DNA of 64,000 nucleotides from Methanobacteriota archaeon (GTDB taxonomy: Archaea > Thermoplasmatota > Poseidoniia > Poseidoniales > Thalassarchaeaceae), in assembly GCA_016845345.1 (NCBI GenBank), contig JAERSV010000080.1:8750-72749 (forward strand), read 5' to 3'. Position numbers and translations under genes: made by a program. This document shows, one piece after another, positions 57,463-64,000 of this stretch. The first letter of the stretch is position 1; every line of letters begins with the position of its first letter. The notes beneath the pieces are model-generated. The model saw only the letters and a list, made by a program, of their open reading frames with translations. It searched no databases and was not told the DNA's origin.

Positions 57463-58359
57463 GTGCCAAGGCGGGACATAAAACAAACACCACATTCCAA
57501 ATTGATGGATAGTTTGGGTGATTTCCTCGATGAAAAGGGAGGGGAAAAAGAACTTCTAAAATATGTACCATCAAAATGGGAAAAACTTGGTGACCTACTC
57601 TTACTCCCGAGTGGTTCATTTAATGGTTGGAATAACTTTGCAGGACAGGAACTTTGGCAATTAGTTGCTAATTCTTTAGGTGGAAAAAGACTGGGGATAA
57701 AAGGGGAAATTTCTGGTTCAGAGCGTAGACCTGATGTTCAACTACTATTGGGTGAAGAGGGATGGGTAAGCCACAAGGAGCACGGAATTGAATATTCATT
57801 TGATGTTACAAAATCAATGTTTTCCGCCGGAAATTTGCCTGAAAGAGGTAGATTAGGCGAACTTGATTGTAGTGGGGAAACAATCCTCGACCTCTATGCT
57901 GGAATTGGATATTACACACTGCCATTGCTAGTGCGCGCCGGGGCGAGGCACGTACACTCGTGTGAATGGTCAGAAGATGCTGTTTTTGCATTAAATCATA
58001 ATTTAGCAGCAAATGGAGTAAATGAAATTTGCACAGTTCATGCTGGTGATAATCAAATTTCACTGAAAGTTGGTGGCAGTGCTTTATCTCTAAACGGCAC
58101 CTGTGACCGTGTAATTCTCGGTCTTCTACCATCATCAGAAGATGGTTGGCCACTGGCTCTTTCAGCCCTAAAACCAGAAGGTGGAATCCTTCATCTACAC
58201 GGTAATGCTCATGCAGGAAATGAGATTGAATGGGCTGAAAAAATTGCCTCAGAATTGACAAGAATGAGTGGCCGGAAAGCGACTGTGAAACATCTAGTCA
58301 AGGTAAAGTGGTACGCACCACACATTCGTCATTGTGTTGCTGATATCCAAATCAGTTAA
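57463..58359 (+). CDS. Class I SAM-dependent tRNA modification enzyme, Taw2/TYW2 (Trm5-like) family
   Basis: HKEHGIEYSFDVTKSMFSAGN..ER, DLYAGIGYYTLP, DRVILGLLPSS, VKWYAPHIRHCVAD. Confidence 0.8.
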   Translation: MPRRDIKQTPHSKLMDSLGDFLDEKGGEKELLKYVPSKWEKLGDLLLLPSGSFNGWNNFAGQELWQLVANSLGGKRLGIKGEISGSERRPDVQLLLGEEGWVSHKEHGIEYSFDVTKSMFSAGNLPERGRLGELDCSGETILDLYAGIGYYTLPLLVRAGARHVHSCEWSEDAVFALNHNLAANGVNEICTVHAGDNQISLKVGGSALSLNGTCDRVILGLLPSSEDGWPLALSALKPEGGILHLHGNAHAGNEIEWAEKIASELTRMSGRKATVKHLVKVKWYAPHIRHCVADIQIS

Positions 58360-58951
58360 TGATGCCACCATTCTCTTGAAATCTCACTTCAAGAGCAGTT
58401 GCATTATCTTGTACCCCAAGGGTGTAATCAACAATAATTCCATCCCCATTTACATAGAAAGCATGTGGAATTCCATGTACACCTAAACTTTGAGCTACTG
58501 TCGGACCATGAAGAAATGGTCTTGTGATATTTCTTTCCAACCTCTCACTGGTGGAATCTTTCCATTCACTGATGTTTGAGTATTCTGCCCTTGGGTCCTT
58601 GTTAAAAGCGAGGAGTTTTCCCTTCGGAATTGCATTATCGTAAGCGTTGAAAGTTGTTTCACAGTGAGCGCACCAAACTGCTGAAAAGTACGCAATCCAA
58701 AGTTCGCCTGACAAATTTTCGTTAGTCCAATTCATCCCATCAGAATCCATCAATTCAAAGCCAGGAAATGTTGTACCAGTCCATTTGTCTACATCAAGTT
58801 CAACGTCAGTATGACCATCATTGTCAATTTCACATTGTTCATCATCCCCACAACCCTCAGAGATACAACCGCTGAGAGAAGTTGCCAGTAACGCCAGCAG
58901 GACAAGAATTACTTTCAATCTTAATGTCATCAAATTTGACGACGTAGTCAT
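58352..58951 (-). CDS. TlpA/redoxin-family lipoprotein
   Basis: Lipobox LSGC, FPGFELMDSDG, FSAVWCAHC, GIPHAFYVNGDG. Confidence 0.8.
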   Translation of the reverse strand: MTTSSNLMTLRLKVILVLLALLATSLSGCISEGCGDDEQCEIDNDGHTDVELDVDKWTGTTFPGFELMDSDGMNWTNENLSGELWIAYFSAVWCAHCETTFNAYDNAIPKGKLLAFNKDPRAEYSNISEWKDSTSERLERNITRPFLHGPTVAQSLGVHGIPHAFYVNGDGIIVDYTLGVQDNATALEVRFQENGGIIN

Positions 58952-59011
58952 AAGACATAATCAATTTGGTCAAGCGTTAGACTCATGGCGTAGCCATTAC
59001 TCCGGTTTTCT

Positions 59012-60922
59012 ATGGATGAGCCGCCGGAGGCTGTTTTAGTCGGCTCAACAGCCACTAATACACCACACACTGAAAATGAAGATGCCAGCCGCGAAAAAAA
59101 GCAATTGAATATCGCGGTTGGTGCAACAGCAATTGTAATTGTGATTTTCATGATGCTTGCATCAATTTGGGGAACGGTCTCCTCAATTGGTGGGGGGTAC
59201 GGTCCTGATGGCCAGTGGGAATGGTGGGAGGTGCCCCTCGAACAACGACACACTATGGGTCTGAATGTGAGTGGGGAAAGGTCCGTACTTCCTGAAGCCG
59301 GGCCACACAATTGGACAGGCCCTACAGAATATTTTGTTGAAGTTGATTTACCCGCATCAGAACAAGATGCTGGATATCCAGAACCAGCCTTGATGCACGT
59401 GGCATTGTGGATGCCAGATGTACCAAATGGAACCAAAGTTCCTGTAATTGCTACAGTCCATCCCTACTATGACTTCGGAGGTGAAGGGCTTCCCGGAGCG
59501 GGTGATGATTCCAACCCAAACACCGTTCCAGACGGGGGCATTGGTCAGTGGGTGTTAGATCAATTTGTCCCATATGGTTTCGCTTTAGCTCAGATTTCTA
59601 CCTTCGGCACAGGAAAATCAACACACTGCCAAGACGTGAAAGGACTTGGCGAACAAGTTGGAATTCAAGCCGCTGTCCACTGGTTAGGCGAGCAAGAATG
59701 GAGTAACGGAAATGTTGGGTTAATGGGGAAATCATACGCTGGTACCACAAACTGGGAAGCAGCACAAAACCCCTCAGAACATCTCAAGACAATTGTGCCA
59801 ATTTCGGGTTCAATAGGGGTTCAACAAATGTTCTATCGCAACGGTAGTAGTGAGGCTCGCGCCATGCTGTACGATGTGCTTTACGAAGGTGCAACTACAG
59901 ATGCAACCGAAGACGATATGCGGATGTGTAGCGACGATATTGTAGGTCCAATTTCACCCTTCACCACTTGGGCTGGTGCCGGATTGGGTGGGGATGAATG
60001 GAACGATTATTGGGATGAGCGTTACCACCTACAAGATGTTCTAGATAACTATCAAGGGAGTGTTTATCTCGTGTGGGGATTCCAAGATTGGAATGTAGAC
60101 CCATACCACGCATTCCCCACATTCAATATGCTAAATGATGCTGGAATACACACCCGAGCGATTGTCGGCCAATGGGCTCATAACTATCCTGACCAACCCG
60201 ATAGACACGATGATTTAGGCAGTGGATATGGAGCGGAAGGATTCCCTAATATGAGTCGTATGGACTGGGCGATTGAGTTGTTCAATTGGTTCAATTATTA
60301 TCTCAAAGGTATTGGAGATGAACCCGGGGCAATTGCTCAAGTTCAAACCAACGATGGACATTGGCATGTTGAGGAAAAATGGCCTGCTGAAGATACCCAA
60401 TGGGAGTTAATCTCCCTAGATAATGCTGAGACCACAGGTAATTGGGTTTCATCCAACATTGAGGCATCATTTATTGTTCCAAGTTTTGAAGAAGATGTAG
60501 TAATTTCAGGATTACCAACCCTACATCTTTCAGTTCAATCACCATCTCTCCCTATACTTTGTAATGGTGGACAGGTTTTCGCGACTATGTATGATGATGA
60601 AACCGGGTTGAGGCTAGGACACGCAACTATGGATTTGCGATACCGGGAAGGAGGTTATGAAGCAAACGCGGTTCTTCCCGGTCAGAATTATTTGATGCTG
60701 ATGGAGTTCAATCCGATGGATGTATCTCTACCCGCGGGACATGCGATTAGGGTAACATTAACTGAAACCGGAGAAGACTACCTGCCCTCCCCCTGTGCGG
60801 TTTCTGGAATTGGCGTGTCACTAGATGAAAGCAGTGTACTCGGTCTACCCATTATTGACCGACCTCGGGGGGATTCTCACTGGTTTATGGTTCCTCAACT
60901 GGAAAGTGGGGAAGAACTGTAG
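59012..60922 (+). CDS. CocE/NonD family (X-Pro dipeptidyl-peptidase-like) serine hydrolase, membrane anchored
   Basis: HPYY, WSNGNVGLMGKSYAGT nucleophile elbow, HLKTIVP, GFQDWNV, GQWAH. Confidence 0.88.
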   Translation: MDEPPEAVLVGSTATNTPHTENEDASREKKQLNIAVGATAIVIVIFMMLASIWGTVSSIGGGYGPDGQWEWWEVPLEQRHTMGLNVSGERSVLPEAGPHNWTGPTEYFVEVDLPASEQDAGYPEPALMHVALWMPDVPNGTKVPVIATVHPYYDFGGEGLPGAGDDSNPNTVPDGGIGQWVLDQFVPYGFALAQISTFGTGKSTHCQDVKGLGEQVGIQAAVHWLGEQEWSNGNVGLMGKSYAGTTNWEAAQNPSEHLKTIVPISGSIGVQQMFYRNGSSEARAMLYDVLYEGATTDATEDDMRMCSDDIVGPISPFTTWAGAGLGGDEWNDYWDERYHLQDVLDNYQGSVYLVWGFQDWNVDPYHAFPTFNMLNDAGIHTRAIVGQWAHNYPDQPDRHDDLGSGYGAEGFPNMSRMDWAIELFNWFNYYLKGIGDEPGAIAQVQTNDGHWHVEEKWPAEDTQWELISLDNAETTGNWVSSNIEASFIVPSFEEDVVISGLPTLHLSVQSPSLPILCNGGQVFATMYDDETGLRLGHATMDLRYREGGYEANAVLPGQNYLMLMEFNPMDVSLPAGHAIRVTLTETGEDYLPSPCAVSGIGVSLDESSVLGLPIIDRPRGDSHWFMVPQLESGEEL

Positions 60923-60923
60923 T

Positions 60924-61811
60924 TCACTCCTCAGAATCCACTTCTTGAATATGCGCTATCGAACTATTTTCAAGTTCATCCTCTTTTAATTCAATAACAT
61001 TTCTTAAGATAATTCCGTGATGTGCTCTTAATTTCCTGGCGCGCATCGCCTTGCTAATTTCATTCTCAAAATCATGCAACTTTGTTAAGTCATCTATATC
61101 TTTGAGTTCAGCGTCAAATCTACTGAATGTTCTAAATCTAAAATACCAAATTCCCAAATAAATCGGAACGAGTCCGATCGGAATAATTAATTCTGAACTG
61201 AGAGCGGAAATTAACCAAGATAATGAAATCTCAATTCCATCATCGCTATATTCGGCAACTAAACCTGTACCCGACACATAAAACCAGCCTGTATTACCTC
61301 CATACATGGTAAACGGGGTCACGCTTTCATCTAAGGTATCACAACCCCTATCTAATTCAATTTGGTCTGACCAACCATCGTTGTCATCATCATCATCTAA
61401 TACATCAGGAATTGTGTCCCAATCAGAATCTGGTGGTACATCGTTAAGGTCGAAAATATCGTACTTCTTAAGGGCGGTAGAAGAAGCTAACTCCAAATCA
61501 TTTGTGATTCCATCACCGTCTATATCATCATCAAGTGTATCCGGAATCCCGTCACTATCCGTATCGTAACAACCATTCATATGGCGATATGAATAACCCT
61601 CTGAATTAGGGCAATCATCGGATATATTGAGACCAGGTTGGTCTGCATATCCATCGCCATCTGAATCCGACCATGCTTCGGAATTATTTGGATAAGCATC
61701 ATCTTCATCATTGTAACCATCACCGTCTGAATCATCCTGAGCATCGACAATTGGTAATGTGAGTAAAATGAAGGAAAGAAAAATGCAGAACCATGCTACA
61801 ACCCTATTCAT
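60924..61811 (-). CDS. Thrombospondin type-3 repeat membrane protein
   Basis: Signal peptide, DSDGDGY..EDDAYP, DTDSDGIPD.LDDDIDGDG repeats, TM. Confidence 0.8.
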   Translation of the reverse strand: MNRVVAWFCIFLSFILLTLPIVDAQDDSDGDGYNDEDDAYPNNSEAWSDSDGDGYADQPGLNISDDCPNSEGYSYRHMNGCYDTDSDGIPDTLDDDIDGDGITNDLELASSTALKKYDIFDLNDVPPDSDWDTIPDVLDDDDDNDGWSDQIELDRGCDTLDESVTPFTMYGGNTGWFYVSGTGLVAEYSDDGIEISLSWLISALSSELIIPIGLVPIYLGIWYFRFRTFSRFDAELKDIDDLTKLHDFENEISKAMRARKLRAHHGIILRNVIELKEDELENSSIAHIQEVDSEE

Positions 61812-61870
61812 GAAAGTTTCGAAGCCGCCCTTTCTTATGAATCAATAAGGACAATCGTGAACAATTGACA

Positions 61871-61878
61871 TTTATATA
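61871..61878 (+). promoter_or_regulatory. TATA box of the downstream redoxin gene
   Basis: TTTATATA 23-30 nt upstream of ATG 61901, spacing typical of archaeal leaderless promoters. Confidence 0.5.
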
Positions 61879-61900
61879 CATTCGAGTATACCGCAATAAT

Positions 61901-62446
61901 ATGCAAAAAGAATTGCTCGTAGGAGCGGTTGCTCTTTGCCTAATTGCTGTTGCATGGTTTGGTGGAATTTTTAGTGGTGAAGAGGATGGTCCTGAACTAG
62001 AGCCCTTTCCAGAATTCTCAACTGTCGCGGATGATGGAGTAACCTATTCAAATAGTGATTTTGCTGGTGCACCCTACATCGTATTATTCTCAGCCGAATG
62101 GTGTGATACTCCCTGTCATACATCAATGCACGCAATTAATTCAACATTGAATGGACCACAAGTTATCGTGTTAAGTACAGACCCTGCAGAAGACCCTCAA
62201 GGAATTACCCTATCAGATTGGCATGATAGAGCAAATTCACATGATGACGAGGATGATGACTTGGGCCAGACTTTAGATTTCCCGTTTGCTAAGGGAGTAG
62301 AACAAGCCGAGGAGATAAAAATCAGTTCTCGACCATCGATTGTCTTTGTCAACTCGGATGGAGGAATTGTGGACCTTCACAAAGGTATCCTAAGTGACTC
62401 CGCAGAAATTATCTCATATTGGGAATCTGCTGGTGGCAGCATTTGA
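61901..62446 (+). CDS. Membrane-anchored redoxin (thioredoxin fold) with CxxxC motif
   Basis: N-terminal TM, FPEFSTVADDG, LFSAEWCDTPC, PSIVFVNSDG. Confidence 0.75.
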   Translation: MQKELLVGAVALCLIAVAWFGGIFSGEEDGPELEPFPEFSTVADDGVTYSNSDFAGAPYIVLFSAEWCDTPCHTSMHAINSTLNGPQVIVLSTDPAEDPQGITLSDWHDRANSHDDEDDDLGQTLDFPFAKGVEQAEEIKISSRPSIVFVNSDGGIVDLHKGILSDSAEIISYWESAGGSI

Positions 62447-62464
62447 ACATCTATTTTTGTCAAT

Positions 62465-63715
62465 TTAGTAGTTGAAAATGCCATCCCATATTTCATCCAA
62501 ACGTGCCAATGTTGCATCTGGATTTAACACAGTAATTTTCTCCTTAGAAGAAAATGAATTTCCACCATCACCCTCATTGCCTTCACGGTTCAATAACCCT
62601 AATTCAAGTAGTTTATTTAGTGCATCATCAACCTCAAAATCAACATTTACACCTTGTAGTGCTAACCAATTTTCAATTCGATTATCAAGAGATTCCATTG
62701 TATGCTGTTGCTCACTATCCAACAATAAAAATGAGTAAGCAAGCAAAGCCTCCTTTACTTCTTGTTCTTCTGAAAAATCAATCACCATATTGATGACTGC
62801 CTGATTATTTGCTTGACCTTTGAAGTACAGGTCTTTAGAAACTTGTGAGAGATATGCCTCTTTTGTTTTCATATATTTAGTCCAAGACTTGAGAATATAA
62901 GTTGCTAAAGCAGACAAGATACCACCGATAAGGGCAAGAGATGTTTCTCCTGACCCATAGCCAAAGAGAAGTGGCCCGAACTTCATCCCAAGAGTGGCTA
63001 ACCCGCCTACCAACGGGGCTAAAATTTTCATTTGGTCTATACGTCTCATTTTTGGTGAAGTATTTGGAAAAATAACCTCCAAATCTAGTTTCGGAATGGT
63101 TTTGAATAGTCTCAAGTGTAATCCTTTTGCCTCCATGCTAGGGTAATTCCGAATATTTTTGTTTGCAATAAACCACTCCTGCTCACGGAATTGCATTATT
63201 TGTATAACTCGTTCATACACCTCCAAATCAACCTCAGTTGATTTCTTTCTCAGTATTAACTTCTCGAATAGTGAAGGTTCTTGGACTCTTTTGATTGTCT
63301 TTTCGCCCAGTTTGAAAGTTTTTAACAGTTTGAATTCTTCAAATCTAACATCTAGACTTATTGGAAAAATATCTTCACCATCTAATGCTGCTTGCAATTC
63401 TTCATCTGTAATCTCTAACCAGTTACCATCACTTAGGGCCTCACTGAATTGGTTCATGAAATCAGTTGGGTCAAAAATTTCAGGAATTTCAACGATTGAA
63501 TCCGGATCAAAATTCGAGTATATTTGCTTTAGAGATTCTTGTGTGGAATGCATTCTGTGATGCCAAAGGGCTTCCAATAGTTCAGAAATCTTTGCTAAAT
63601 TTTCTAAGTTTTCACCTGCTTCTGCCAAAATTAGTGACTTTATTTCAGCGCGGCTAATTGGAATAAAATGCTGAGACGCGGTGTCAGAACCCATATGGAA
63701 CGGTTTTACCAACAT
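62465..63715 (-). CDS. TMEM143/DUF3754 family membrane protein
   Basis: FIPISR, LRLFKTIPKLDLEVIFP, LYFKGQANN, EEQEVKEALLAY, VDFEVDDALNKL..LGL; start may be 63694. Confidence 0.8.
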   Translation of the reverse strand: MLVKPFHMGSDTASQHFIPISRAEIKSLILAEAGENLENLAKISELLEALWHHRMHSTQESLKQIYSNFDPDSIVEIPEIFDPTDFMNQFSEALSDGNWLEITDEELQAALDGEDIFPISLDVRFEEFKLLKTFKLGEKTIKRVQEPSLFEKLILRKKSTEVDLEVYERVIQIMQFREQEWFIANKNIRNYPSMEAKGLHLRLFKTIPKLDLEVIFPNTSPKMRRIDQMKILAPLVGGLATLGMKFGPLLFGYGSGETSLALIGGILSALATYILKSWTKYMKTKEAYLSQVSKDLYFKGQANNQAVINMVIDFSEEQEVKEALLAYSFLLLDSEQQHTMESLDNRIENWLALQGVNVDFEVDDALNKLLELGLLNREGNEGDGGNSFSSKEKITVLNPDATLARLDEIWDGIFNY

Positions 63716-63807
63716 TAGAACTAACCTTTGAATTAACCGGCCAAATTCTGTTTTGGAGAGAGGAATGAAATATTAGACGGATAAACAAAAATCAGTGGTA
63801 TGGTTTG

Positions 63808-64000
63808 ATGCGTGTTCTAGCCTTCGAAGATTCTTATGATATTGAGGCATTGTTAAATTCAGGAAATGTTGATACTAGCCAAATTACACTTGAGCAAAAG
63901 TGGAATTCTGAAGATGCTGTTTCAGTCATCAAAGAGTTTGCACCTGATATCTTACTTCTGGACCAATTCATGCCACCATTCAAAGGATTGGAAGTTCTAA
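63808..64000 (+). CDS. CheY-like response regulator receiver domain protein (partial, runs off the window)
   Basis: Translated by hand: MRVLAFEDSYDI...AVSVIKEFAPDILLLDQFMPPFKGLEVL; acidic ED pocket and phospho-acceptor PDILLLDxxMP motif. Confidence 0.8.
   Translation, partial: MRVLAFEDSYDIEALLNSGNVDTSQITLEQKWNSEDAVSVIKEFAPDILLLDQFMPPFKGLEVL

Overview
Gene-dense archaeal chromosomal segment, most consistent with Marine Group II Thermoplasmatota (Ca. Poseidoniales). This assignment is inferred from RadA, Hel308, Cgi121, an archaeal initiator tRNA-Met and many secreted, C-terminally anchored thrombospondin-type-3/FG-GAP/PKD surface proteins. Housekeeping genes include radA, hel308, cgi121, a dihydroorotase, uvrC, thiamine diphosphokinase, a Taw2/Trm5-class tRNA enzyme, two glycosyltransferases and an AtuA-like pair. 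Three things stand out. (1) A tandem pair of secreted, membrane-anchored animal-type heme peroxidases: one is intact, the other has lost both the distal and proximal His. The pair is divergent from a CRTAC1/ASPIC-UnbV FG-GAP protein and lies upstream of a membrane-bound winged-helix regulator and a beta-propeller lipoprotein that share a 21-bp upstream motif. (2) A ~2.5-kb integrase-less two-gene insertion in the 3' end of the dihydroorotase gene, bounded by a 51-bp direct repeat whose distal copy forms an 11-6-11 inverted repeat. (3) A structured, tandemly duplicated ~224-bp non-coding unit with four 23-bp hairpin motifs directly downstream of tRNA-iMet. No CRISPR array, rRNA, transposase or integrase was recognised. 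All family assignments come from motif recognition by eye, not database searches.
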